DNA from: an uncultured Gammaproteobacteria bacterium
GTDB taxonomy: Bacteria > Patescibacteriota > Microgenomatia > Levybacterales > UBA12049
Assembly (NCBI GenBank): GCA_964521295.1
Contig: CAZFRF010000001.1
Location: 206,146-270,145 of the forward strand
Reading direction: 5' to 3'
DNA: 64,000 nucleotides
A program made the position numbers and the translations under genes. Numbering within the stretch: the first letter of the stretch is position 1; each line of letters starts with the position of its first letter. Positions 28,753 through 37,617 of this stretch are shown here, one piece after another. The notes beneath the pieces were generated by a model that was given only the letters and a program-made list of their open reading frames with translations, was not told the origin of the DNA and ran no database searches.

Positions 28753-30807
28753 TTAAATAAACCAAAGTGTCTTTTTGGCAATCTTCGAGTTTGGTAATCC
28801 ATTTGAGAAGTAATAAGCCTTTTCGGACAACTCTTTGGCATATTCAATTGTGACTGGGACAGCTTTCTGTTTAATGGATCTCCAATACAACCTTGAAAAT
28901 TCATATACTTGGTCTAATAGGTCTATAACTTCATTTTTGTCCCTAATGTCTACGCCGTTATGAGCAGTTATAGTGATTTTTACTGGGTATTTATCATCAC
29001 CTTTATAAGTTGAGATATCGTCACTGTGTCTTTCATTATTGAATAAAATAAATACACTTTTTTTAAGTTCGACAACGGTTCCGCTAACTGGGATTTTACC
29101 AGGATAACTTTTATCAAAGCATATGTAATCTTTTGCTCTAGTATCATTTATATTAAGGACAGTATATGGAATATTTAAGTTGAGATTTTTAAATACTTCC
29201 GCTAAAGTTGCTGACTCTTTGTTTCCCCACTCTTTAAAATAATGAATTATTAATTTTTGAGGCTCTCCGTTTTCTACTATGTGATTATTAATGGCGTCTT
29301 CAAGGCTTTTTTTTAAATTTTCTTGTGTATACTCAAAGCAACTTAAATCCTTAAAAACTCCACTATTATTAAAACATACAGTATTCCCAATGTACCTAGT
29401 TCCACCAGGAGATTTAATAATTTTTTCTCCAAAACCAACCAACAAACAGTTACCTAAGTCTCTCTTTAATTTCCAAGGTATTCCTCCAACTTTAGCTAAA
29501 ATTGCAATCGCCATATTAGGAAGATAAAAATGTATAGCTTGTGATTTAAGCTTTATAGATTCAATAACCTGAGAAGTAATGTTTAAATTTAAAAGCGATT
29601 CTTTTATTTTAAAATAAATTAATTTTTCATCCTCATTTGCTGTTTCTTCGCTAAAAGGGGATATATACAATGCAACATACTTTCTTTGCGAATCAAGTGT
29701 TAAACTTTTTAAGCGTTCTTCTATCTGTTCTAGGGCAGTGTTTGAGCTTTCGAAACTAATAGAATTCTCTATATCCAAGTCGAATGGGATTTTTGAAAAA
29801 CTTTCCAATCCAGGAAAATGTCTATAACCATATTTGAAATATTTATATAGACTATTAGCTATATCTTTATCCGTTTTTGAATAAATAAATATAAACTTAA
29901 CTTTATCTACATCTTCGGGTACAAAATACGGTCCGTAATTTGAGAAACCACGATATGGGTCATACTCAGTTTTTCCTTCCCCGAATTCTAGCAAATTTTT
30001 TTCTCTAGGAATTTCGATTATTTCGCTTTCTTTAAGCTCTCTTAGTCCAGATGCTAGAACCTGAACTCCCCGTGCTATATCTTTTCCTTTTAAGTGTGAT
30101 TCATAAAAAGTTGTTATTAAGCTGTAATGATTTATAAAAGAAAAGTCTTTTGACGATGCAAATGATAATCTAAGATTAGAATCAATTTCTCTATTGAGTA
30201 ATGGCTTGCCGGTTTTGATTATCTCCTCGTCTAAAAATTTTGTTCTGAAAATCTCCTTGTCTAGTAAAACTTTCTTAACAGTTTGATGTTCTAAATTTAG
30301 TTCTGAGATAGATTGTTTATGTATTTTGGAATTTTGACTTCCTAATCCAATCGTTAAGTAGTATTTGTCAAACTGTTTATCAATTTTTAAATTCCATACG
30401 TTATACTCATAATAATCGTCTGTTGTTGCTGGCTGCTTTTTTTCCCAAATCTCCAGATCATCAATGAAATTGGATGCTGTAATAAATTCTTTATGCTGGA
30501 AATAGGATTTAAATTTTGAGGAGAGATACAATGGAATAAAAAATGGTTCTTTTTCAAGATTAAATGTAAATTGCTTCAATTCATTGTCTGCCTCCTCTTT
30601 TTCAAATTTTATACTTACGTGACTATTCTGATGAGCAATCGAGTTTAAATAAGATGCAAAATCGGTACTAGTGTTATTTAGGTTTCGTAGGAGATAATCT
30701 ATGGTAAAAACACGTGAGAATTTGTAGTCTTTTCCCGGCTTAAAGAATATATCTATCGAATCTTTTGGATACGTTATTAATACTTGATTAATTAGTAATT
30801 GCGACAT
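28753..30807 (-). CDS. Long prokaryotic Argonaute, catalytically inactive (long-B-like)
   Basis: 684 aa; MID pocket Y-K-Q-K (YFKIK...ITSQV...ILAKVGGIPW); PIWI elements LLVGFG, LIIHYFK, FSRLYWRS...PVTIEYA, terminal LWFI; DEDX aspartates absent. Confidence 0.92.
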   Translation of the reverse strand: MSQLLINQVLITYPKDSIDIFFKPGKDYKFSRVFTIDYLLRNLNNTSTDFASYLNSIAHQNSHVSIKFEKEEADNELKQFTFNLEKEPFFIPLYLSSKFKSYFQHKEFITASNFIDDLEIWEKKQPATTDDYYEYNVWNLKIDKQFDKYYLTIGLGSQNSKIHKQSISELNLEHQTVKKVLLDKEIFRTKFLDEEIIKTGKPLLNREIDSNLRLSFASSKDFSFINHYSLITTFYESHLKGKDIARGVQVLASGLRELKESEIIEIPREKNLLEFGEGKTEYDPYRGFSNYGPYFVPEDVDKVKFIFIYSKTDKDIANSLYKYFKYGYRHFPGLESFSKIPFDLDIENSISFESSNTALEQIEERLKSLTLDSQRKYVALYISPFSEETANEDEKLIYFKIKESLLNLNITSQVIESIKLKSQAIHFYLPNMAIAILAKVGGIPWKLKRDLGNCLLVGFGEKIIKSPGGTRYIGNTVCFNNSGVFKDLSCFEYTQENLKKSLEDAINNHIVENGEPQKLIIHYFKEWGNKESATLAEVFKNLNLNIPYTVLNINDTRAKDYICFDKSYPGKIPVSGTVVELKKSVFILFNNERHSDDISTYKGDDKYPVKITITAHNGVDIRDKNEVIDLLDQVYEFSRLYWRSIKQKAVPVTIEYAKELSEKAYYFSNGLPNSKIAKKTLWFI

Positions 30808-30940
30808 ATAAGTAAATTGTAAATATATTTTACTACATTTCTATACGCCTTACATTATACTCTGTTAACATCTAAACACTGGTATTGATTTAATCCGATT
30901 TAAGTAACATTGAGACTCCTTGGGGTCTTTTAGCTCATGG

Positions 30941-30960
30941 TGTGTAATCGTTACATATTT
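30941..30960 (+). repeat. Palindromic direct repeat copy A, TGTGTAATCGTTACATATTT
   Basis: 18/20 identical to 27497-27516; ~135 bp upstream of the pAgo start. Confidence 0.8.
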
Positions 30961-31021
30961 AAGAAAGAAAAAAAGAAGCAAAAAAAGAAAGAATATTTTT
31001 AAATTTTATTAAACTAAAGGA

Positions 31022-31117
31022 CTAATAGACAAAGGCTGGTGTGAGGCTAGGTCTAATGATTGTCTGCCATTGCTCAAGGCTGCTGCGTATTTGGTTCCAA
31101 TTCTCTATAATTTGGGG
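31022..31117 (-). other. Detached 3' end of the recombinase gene (C-terminus of the excised form)
   Basis: Frame through the att core reads (LV)PQIIENWNQIRSSLEQWQTIIRPSLTPAFVY*, in register with LSR ...KTTLVP. Confidence 0.78.
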
Positions 31118-31124
31118 TACTAAA
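31116..31124 (+). repeat. attR core GGTACTAAA
   Basis: Exact match to 24384-24392; overlaps the stop codon of the flanking gene at 31120-31122. Confidence 0.8.
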
Positions 31125-32451
31125 TAACTTCTAATCCTTTGCTTTCGTTATGAACATGTTTAACCATTTTTTCTTGATAGACACGCACTCCTTCTTTTTG
31201 TGGCACGCTATATGAACCATATAAAATATTTCCTTTATATATGCTTGTAATACCTTGATAGATTAAGCTAAGTAATCTATTTTCACCAGTAATTTTATAA
31301 TTCGCTCTAACTATATCTGGAAGTTCTTCTAAAACTCTTCCAAGATTAAGTCCTTCAACTGCTCTTTTAACTCCTAACCAAAATGCATCAGCTAAGAATT
31401 CAAAATCAACTCTTGGTCCATCATAAGTCATAGTATCTGCCATTGCTCTTATTGTTGAATCAATGTTTCCCACTTGAGTAGCGATGTGGTGTGGATAGTC
31501 AAACCATGTGTATGGATGATCAAGATACATGCTTTTTCCGACAGCCTCTAAATCAAGTTCTTCACCCATAGTGGAGACATTACGTGCTAAATTTTGCCAA
31601 GCAGGTCCACCAGAACACATTTGAAAACCTTCAGTAATTAAGGGAAGCTCTTGACCAACTACTTTTTGCGAAACAAATCTTAAATAAGAACTTAAATCTG
31701 GCTTAGAGACTCCTTCGGCTTTTGCAAATTGATCAAGAACAAATTCTCTGTAGGGTGGAATTACTAAACGCTGTCTTCTTTCGTACATAGTTACTGAATC
31801 TAGTAATCTAAAGTTACTTTTTGATGCTCTAACTAGAATTACTGGTTTTCCTCTAAAGAACCCGCTTGATCTTAAAACACTTGGAGGAAGATAATCGCCA
31901 TTTAGATCAGGTAGTTGGGTAATTTCATAAATTCCTAAGATTTTTTCAGTATCCAATCCTCTTTCTGTAAAATGATCAACTCCAACTGATTCTTGCATAG
32001 CATCTCTTGCTTCTAGCTCTCCATAGCCATCGTAAAATGGGTATCTTGCCATTGGTTCTCGCATATCCATATAGCCTCTATATGCGACCGAACCATTTCT
32101 AGCAATTGTTGTAGCGCCAACCCCTTTAAAATTAACGACATATTCCTTGCCATCAATTTCTACAGTTTCATCAGCTTCTAATACTCTTCCGCATTCATAT
32201 GGACTTGACATGATTTTAGTTAAAGCCTGTAAGTCAGTAGAAAAACCAGCATACATATCCGGAGTAACAACGACTCTAAGTCCGCCTTCAACTACTGCTC
32301 TAATCTGAGGGTTGTTGGTGACTAGCGGAGACTCATATAGTGCGCTAGTCATAGCCGGCAATGTATATTCAATATTCGCATGGATTCTGTTATTGCCGTA
32401 AACAGCTAGCACTCTTGGATTAGTTGATATTCTTTCTTTACTTCTATTCAT
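31120..32451 (-). CDS. SelO/YdiU-like atypical kinase-fold protein, paralog 2
   Basis: ECGRV, NFKGVGAT, G.DTEKILG, LVRASKSNFR, ARNVSTMGEELDLE in SelO motif order. Confidence 0.55.
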   Translation of the reverse strand: MNRSKERISTNPRVLAVYGNNRIHANIEYTLPAMTSALYESPLVTNNPQIRAVVEGGLRVVVTPDMYAGFSTDLQALTKIMSSPYECGRVLEADETVEIDGKEYVVNFKGVGATTIARNGSVAYRGYMDMREPMARYPFYDGYGELEARDAMQESVGVDHFTERGLDTEKILGIYEITQLPDLNGDYLPPSVLRSSGFFRGKPVILVRASKSNFRLLDSVTMYERRQRLVIPPYREFVLDQFAKAEGVSKPDLSSYLRFVSQKVVGQELPLITEGFQMCSGGPAWQNLARNVSTMGEELDLEAVGKSMYLDHPYTWFDYPHHIATQVGNIDSTIRAMADTMTYDGPRVDFEFLADAFWLGVKRAVEGLNLGRVLEELPDIVRANYKITGENRLLSLIYQGITSIYKGNILYGSYSVPQKEGVRVYQEKMVKHVHNESKGLEVI

Positions 32452-32452
32452 G

Positions 32453-33784
32453 CTATTTAAATAAAGCCTTTTTCTCTTTGGCTATCTGATCAACCATTGT
32501 TTTTCTATATATCCAACCGCCTTCTGGTGGTGGAGTTCTATATGTATCTGTAAATACCATATGAATATATGCATACTCAATGGCATCAAAAATTCCTTTA
32601 AAAAGTGAATCAGGACCTGTAAAATTGAATTGTCTACGTACATTTTGGGTCATTGTTCGTAAAACAGCATGTAAATCCAAATTAGCAAGACTACCTCTAA
32701 GTCCTTCCCAAACCATGAGCGCTAAGCTATCAAAATCTACTTTAGGGCCACCATCAGTAATTGTGTCTGCAAAGCCCCTAAGCGCCTTATCTATATTCAT
32801 TACATGGTTTGTGACATGATCTTTATAATCGAAAGGAACAGATTGTGATAAATAATCTTTATGTGGCTCTACTGCTTCTAAATCAAGTTCTTCACCTAAA
32901 ACTGAAACATTTCTGGCCAAATTTTTCCATTTTGTCTTTCCTGCAGACATTTCATATCCTTGAGTAATTAATGGCACTTCTTGCCTGAACAATTTTTGAG
33001 TCAAATATCTCAAATATGTATCCATATCTCCAGGTTGTCCTTCAGCCTTATGAAATTGTTCTAAGATTAGCTCTCTTAAACCAGGAATATAAAATTGCAT
33101 TTGTCTTTCATACATAGTTACTGAATCAAGTAGCCTAAAATGACTCTTTGACGCTCTTACTAAAAGAGTAGGTTCTGTAGAAAGTCTATTTTCTTGTTTT
33201 AATACTGCTGGAGAAGTATATTCACCATCTACTCCTGGCATTCTCAGGATTCTATAGATTCCCAAAACTTTTTCTGTATCAATACCTTGCGCTCTTAAGT
33301 CAATTGCATTATCTCGTTCAGACTGTGCATAACGAGCATCTAGTTCGCCAAAACCATGATAAAAAGGATAGACTGCTAAACGATTAAGTACAGCAGTATT
33401 ATTTTCAAAAGCTATTTCACCGTTTCTAAAGACTGACGTTGCGCCAACCCCTTTAATATTTACTGTATACTCGACTCCGTCAATCATGACTGTTGGATCT
33501 GCCTCTAAAACTCTTCCGCATTCAAAAGGACTAGACATAACTGTAACGTCTGCCCTAGCTGCTGGAAGTAATCTAAAATATGTTTGAGGTAAGATTATTA
33601 CTCTTAAATTATCATGGACAACCCTTCTTACATTCGGATCATCAGTTACAGTAAAGGATTCATATTGAGTAACTGTGGTTGCGGGTAATGTATATTCAAT
33701 ATTTGGCACCGTTGATGGACCATATACTCTTGCGATACGGGGATTAGTTGTAATTAATGGTAAAAACTCTTTTGGTTGAGCCAT
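32453..33784 (-). CDS. SelO/YdiU-like atypical kinase-fold protein, paralog 1
   Basis: Same length (443 aa) and motifs as its neighbour (NIKGVGAT, LVRASKSHFR, ARNVSVLGEELDLE). Confidence 0.55.
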   Translation of the reverse strand: MAQPKEFLPLITTNPRIARVYGPSTVPNIEYTLPATTVTQYESFTVTDDPNVRRVVHDNLRVIILPQTYFRLLPAARADVTVMSSPFECGRVLEADPTVMIDGVEYTVNIKGVGATSVFRNGEIAFENNTAVLNRLAVYPFYHGFGELDARYAQSERDNAIDLRAQGIDTEKVLGIYRILRMPGVDGEYTSPAVLKQENRLSTEPTLLVRASKSHFRLLDSVTMYERQMQFYIPGLRELILEQFHKAEGQPGDMDTYLRYLTQKLFRQEVPLITQGYEMSAGKTKWKNLARNVSVLGEELDLEAVEPHKDYLSQSVPFDYKDHVTNHVMNIDKALRGFADTITDGGPKVDFDSLALMVWEGLRGSLANLDLHAVLRTMTQNVRRQFNFTGPDSLFKGIFDAIEYAYIHMVFTDTYRTPPPEGGWIYRKTMVDQIAKEKKALFK

Positions 33785-33841
33785 AAGTTCGATATTATAG
33801 GATAATTTAAGCGCATGAGCAAGTTATGCTATCATTAATTT

Positions 33842-34579
33842 ATGAGCGAAGCTAGAAATGATGTTCAACTTATTCAAAGAGCCATTCGTACAGCCCATGA
33901 AATAAAGCGTGCAAAGCAGGGGTATGAACCTGATCATATGTGGGGACAAAATGGTAATGGCTACAAAATTTATGAACACTCATTTAAACCTGTTTTGCAA
34001 GGTGAAACATTACCAAGTCTTATTGCCGGAAACCCTAATCCTGTTGTAGTAGATTTAATGGGGCCTAGTACAATGCTATACACCCTATTCAAGACTTTAC
34101 CACCTGAAGTACATCCAACTGGTTTTTCGCTTGCATTAACAGATTTAAGAAGAAATCCAAAATCCATCGACAAAGATACTGAACTAAATATTACCCATGT
34201 CGTAGGAGATATTCATGCTAAGGATACATGGCAAGCTTTGACACATGCAATGGAACAAAAACTTGGCGATAAAAAAGCAGATTTAGTTGTTTCAAGGGCT
34301 TTGGGTGGACTTTCGCAAATTGCAGTAGATGATGATATGCATGCAATAATAATGGATAAAATCTGGAAAATTACAGCTGATGGAGGTGTAATTATCTTAC
34401 AATTGCCACATACGTACTCTCCTCACACTAAATTTGAAGATAAAGCATTACGATTATTAGCTGATTTACGTGAACAAGGTGCAGAAACTAGATTTGATAA
34501 TCAAGGATCTTTTCCCTTGGTTTATGTTAGAAAACCACTAAATTCTTCTAATAATTTAAATTTTCCCTCCGGTAGTTAA
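33842..34579 (+). CDS. Hypothetical protein, possible degenerate class I SAM-methyltransferase fold
   Basis: VVVDLMG, HVVGDI, ADLVVSR, KITADGGVIIL spaced like MTase motifs. Confidence 0.5.
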   Translation: MSEARNDVQLIQRAIRTAHEIKRAKQGYEPDHMWGQNGNGYKIYEHSFKPVLQGETLPSLIAGNPNPVVVDLMGPSTMLYTLFKTLPPEVHPTGFSLALTDLRRNPKSIDKDTELNITHVVGDIHAKDTWQALTHAMEQKLGDKKADLVVSRALGGLSQIAVDDDMHAIIMDKIWKITADGGVIILQLPHTYSPHTKFEDKALRLLADLREQGAETRFDNQGSFPLVYVRKPLNSSNNLNFPSGS

Positions 34580-35538
34580 GCGGCCAATTCTTTAAGTGTT
34601 TCTTTAAAAGTACTCAATAGTTTATCGTCATAAATTGAAACAAAAATTATTTCTTTTTTAGCTTTTTTAAATATTTTCTGAATATTTTCCATTTGTTTTT
34701 TATCTAAATTATCAGCTTTTGTAATCGCAATTAATTCATTTTTAGATAATAAATCTGGATTATAATCTTCTAATTCTTTTCTAATAACTTCATAATCGGA
34801 AATAAAATTAGCTGATGCTGAATCTATACAATGAACAATTATTTTAGTTCTCTCAATGTGTTTTAGAAATTTAATGCCTAAGCCTTTACCAGTTGACGCG
34901 CCTTCAATAAGACCAGGGATATCAGCCAGGATTAAGTTGTCCATTGCACCCAGGTTGGGCTCTAAAGTTGTAAATGGGTAATTGCCAATCTTGGGATGCG
35001 CATTAGTTAAAACTTCAAGTAAACTACTCTTGCCTGCATTAGGAAAACCAATCAAACCAATATCGGCAATAAGTTTAAGTTCTAGTTTTAATTCTTTTTC
35101 TTCTCCTGGTTCACCTAGTTCTCTATATTTAGGAGCTTGATTGGTTGCAGATTTAAATTCATTATTGCCTCTTCCACCTTTTCCGCCTGTAGCAACTAAC
35201 ATTGGAGTATCAGTGTCTCTAATTTCAAATTTAATACCCGTAGATAAATCTGTGACCACTGTACCAATCGGTAAATATATTGTCGTATGCTTACCATTTC
35301 TTCCGAAAAGAATTTGTTTTCCTCCTTTTACTCCATCCTCTCCAACAACTTGTTTAGTGTAGGTAAATGTTTGCAAAGCTGAGATATCATTTACGCCTTG
35401 AAAATATACATTTCCACCATTACCACCATTACCGCCATCGGGACCACCACGAGCAGTTTGAGCGTTTCTTTTAAAGGAAGCAGAACCATTACCGCCAGTT
35501 CCAGCTTTAACTTTTATAATAACTTCATCTATTAACAT
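34576..35538 (-). CDS. obgE: GTPase ObgE/CgtA
   Basis: Gly-rich Obg domain, GFPNAGKSS, YPFTTLEP, DIPG, TKAD. Confidence 0.96.
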   Translation of the reverse strand: MLIDEVIIKVKAGTGGNGSASFKRNAQTARGGPDGGNGGNGGNVYFQGVNDISALQTFTYTKQVVGEDGVKGGKQILFGRNGKHTTIYLPIGTVVTDLSTGIKFEIRDTDTPMLVATGGKGGRGNNEFKSATNQAPKYRELGEPGEEKELKLELKLIADIGLIGFPNAGKSSLLEVLTNAHPKIGNYPFTTLEPNLGAMDNLILADIPGLIEGASTGKGLGIKFLKHIERTKIIVHCIDSASANFISDYEVIRKELEDYNPDLLSKNELIAITKADNLDKKQMENIQKIFKKAKKEIIFVSIYDDKLLSTFKETLKELAA

Positions 35539-35574
35539 GGTCTTATTTTACCATTTTATGCTAAAATTAGCTTT

Positions 35575-36423
35575 ATGAAACTTATTACAACGTCTGGCTG
35601 GCAAGATTACGAACTTTTAGACAGTGGCAATCAAAAACGTTTAGAAAAATTTGGGAAATATATTATTGTTAAGCCTGACCCACAAGCAATCTGGAAACCT
35701 ATGCTTTCTGAAGATATGTGGCAAAAAGCAGATGCAACTTATTCTGATGAGAAAAAAGAATGGTTACCAAATAAACTACCTAATAAATGGGAGCTTTCAT
35801 ATAAAAAGCTTAAATTTTTTGCAAAACTAACTAGCTTTAAGCATACAGGTATTTTTCCTGAACAAATTCTTAACTGGGAATTTATTGAGAAAAAATTACA
35901 AAATGTAGATCATCAGCCAAATGTATTAAATTTATTTGGTTACACGGGAATTGCAAGTTTAGTGTGCGTAGCAAATGGTGCAAAAGTAACTCATGTAGAT
36001 GGTTCAAAACCCTCCATTGGCTGGGCAAGAGAAAATCAAGCTTTAAGTGGATTGTCAGATAAGCCTATTCGTTGGATATTAGACGACGCAATTGAATTTA
36101 CAGCTAGAGAAGCAAGGCGAGGAAATAAATATGATGCAATCATTATGGATCCCCCAATCTTTGGTCATGGACCAAATGGAGAAACCTGGGATTTTAATAA
36201 AAGTTTCCCAGAGCTTTTGGTTAATTGTAAACAAATTTTAGTAGATAATCCCTTATTTGTCATTGTTAATGCTTATGCAATCTCAGCCTCAAGTTTAATG
36301 CTTAAAAACATGCTAGAAGATTATCTTTTATTAGATGATTCCAAAATTGAATATGGAGAATTAGCAATTCAACAAAAAAATAGCACTCGCTCACTTTCTA
36401 CTGGTATTTTTAGCCGCGCTTAA
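35575..36423 (+). CDS. SAM-dependent methyltransferase (RlmI/K-like)
   Basis: KHTGIFPEQ, VLNLFGYTG, IMDPP. Confidence 0.88.
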   Translation: MKLITTSGWQDYELLDSGNQKRLEKFGKYIIVKPDPQAIWKPMLSEDMWQKADATYSDEKKEWLPNKLPNKWELSYKKLKFFAKLTSFKHTGIFPEQILNWEFIEKKLQNVDHQPNVLNLFGYTGIASLVCVANGAKVTHVDGSKPSIGWARENQALSGLSDKPIRWILDDAIEFTAREARRGNKYDAIIMDPPIFGHGPNGETWDFNKSFPELLVNCKQILVDNPLFVIVNAYAISASSLMLKNMLEDYLLLDDSKIEYGELAIQQKNSTRSLSTGIFSRA

Positions 36424-36446
36424 TTTGGTGTAAAATAGTAAAACAC

Positions 36447-37592
36447 ATGAAAAAAATTATTTTCCTAGTCATCATTTCAATTCTATTTTTCTTAGTGTTT
36501 CCTTTAAAAACAAACGCTATATATGATCCCACAGCTTCAGCAAACAACAAATTTGGCATTCATATTCTTTTCCCTGAGGAAATTGATCAAGCAGCAAATT
36601 TAATTAATTCAAGCGGTGGAGACTGGGGATATGTAACTGTACCAATTAGAGATTCAGATAGGGATTTAATTAAGTGGCAAAAATTTATGGATGATTGTAG
36701 AAAATTTCATGTCATTCCCCTTTTAAGAATAGCAACCGATGGAGATTATTTTGTCAAAGGTTCTTGGACCATACCTAGTAATCTATATGTTATAGATTTT
36801 GCTAATTTTTTGGATTCTTTAAATTGGCCTACTAAAAATAGATATGTAATCATTTTTAATGAAACTAATAGAGGTGACGAATGGGGTGGGTCTCCTGATG
36901 CTGCAGCTTATGCCAAAATTTTAGATTTTTCAATTGATGCCTTCAAGAAAAGAAGTGATAAATTCTTCATCATTATGGGTGGACTTGATAATGCTTCAAT
37001 TAATATCCCTGGAACATCAGTTTATCAACTTACCTATCTTCAACAAATGGAAGATGCAGTTCCAGGTCTATTTAAAAAATTAGATGGATTATCTATTCAT
37101 GCGTATCCAAATCCAGCTTTTTCTACAGCCCCAAACTATACAGGAACTAACGGTATTTCTTCATTTAAATTTGAACAAAATTTAGTAAAAGAGTTTAGTG
37201 GAAAAACCTTGCCAGTATTTATTACAGAGACTGGTTGGACATCAACCAAAATCGATATTCCTACACAAATTGAATATTATAAAGAAGCTTTTAAGAATGT
37301 TTGGAATGATAAAACAATTATTGCAGTTACACCTTTTTTACTCCATGCAGAAACTGATCCTTTTAGACAGTTTTCTTTCATTTTAGATAATCACCAAACT
37401 GACTTATATAAAGGTTATCAAGGCATCCCCAAAACCAAAGGTTCACCGCAAATTGAACCTGAAACGATTCAAACTACTGCTAAAAGTGTGGTATTAAGAA
37501 CGAGATATTTTACCTCTGAATTTAGCAAAAATATTGCTAATATGTTTAACCCTCAAGCCAGAAGCTTCATGCGCTGGCTATTTAACTTTTAG
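36447..37592 (+). CDS. Secreted clan-A glycoside hydrolase-like protein
   Basis: Signal peptide, FNETN acid/base, IHAYP, FITETGW nucleophile. Confidence 0.8.
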   Translation: MKKIIFLVIISILFFLVFPLKTNAIYDPTASANNKFGIHILFPEEIDQAANLINSSGGDWGYVTVPIRDSDRDLIKWQKFMDDCRKFHVIPLLRIATDGDYFVKGSWTIPSNLYVIDFANFLDSLNWPTKNRYVIIFNETNRGDEWGGSPDAAAYAKILDFSIDAFKKRSDKFFIIMGGLDNASINIPGTSVYQLTYLQQMEDAVPGLFKKLDGLSIHAYPNPAFSTAPNYTGTNGISSFKFEQNLVKEFSGKTLPVFITETGWTSTKIDIPTQIEYYKEAFKNVWNDKTIIAVTPFLLHAETDPFRQFSFILDNHQTDLYKGYQGIPKTKGSPQIEPETIQTTAKSVVLRTRYFTSEFSKNIANMFNPQARSFMRWLFNF

Positions 37593-37617
37593 GCTTGTGG
37601 TATAATTTTTTGATCTT

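Larger units (their letters stand above)
24384..31124. mobile_element. ~6.7 kb integrative defence element at tRNA-Glu 3' end
   Basis: LSR abutting the tRNA; GGTACTAAA direct repeat at both ends; rejoining the ends restores an open LSR frame; pAgo-Sir2 cargo. Confidence 0.85.

Noticed and set aside
27572-30807. SPARSA (short pAgo + Sir2-APAZ) assignment
   Set aside because: The pAgo is 684 aa with a long N-terminal region, and the Sir2 protein lies downstream and is too short to include APAZ
30912-30930. GACTCCTTGGGGT as a tRNA-derived attR
   Set aside because: Only gapped similarity to the tRNA T-arm; the 31116-31124 site is exact and restores the integrase frame
34576-35538. Short Obg as a pseudogene
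   Set aside because: All GTPase motifs are intact; only the variable C-terminal domain is absent
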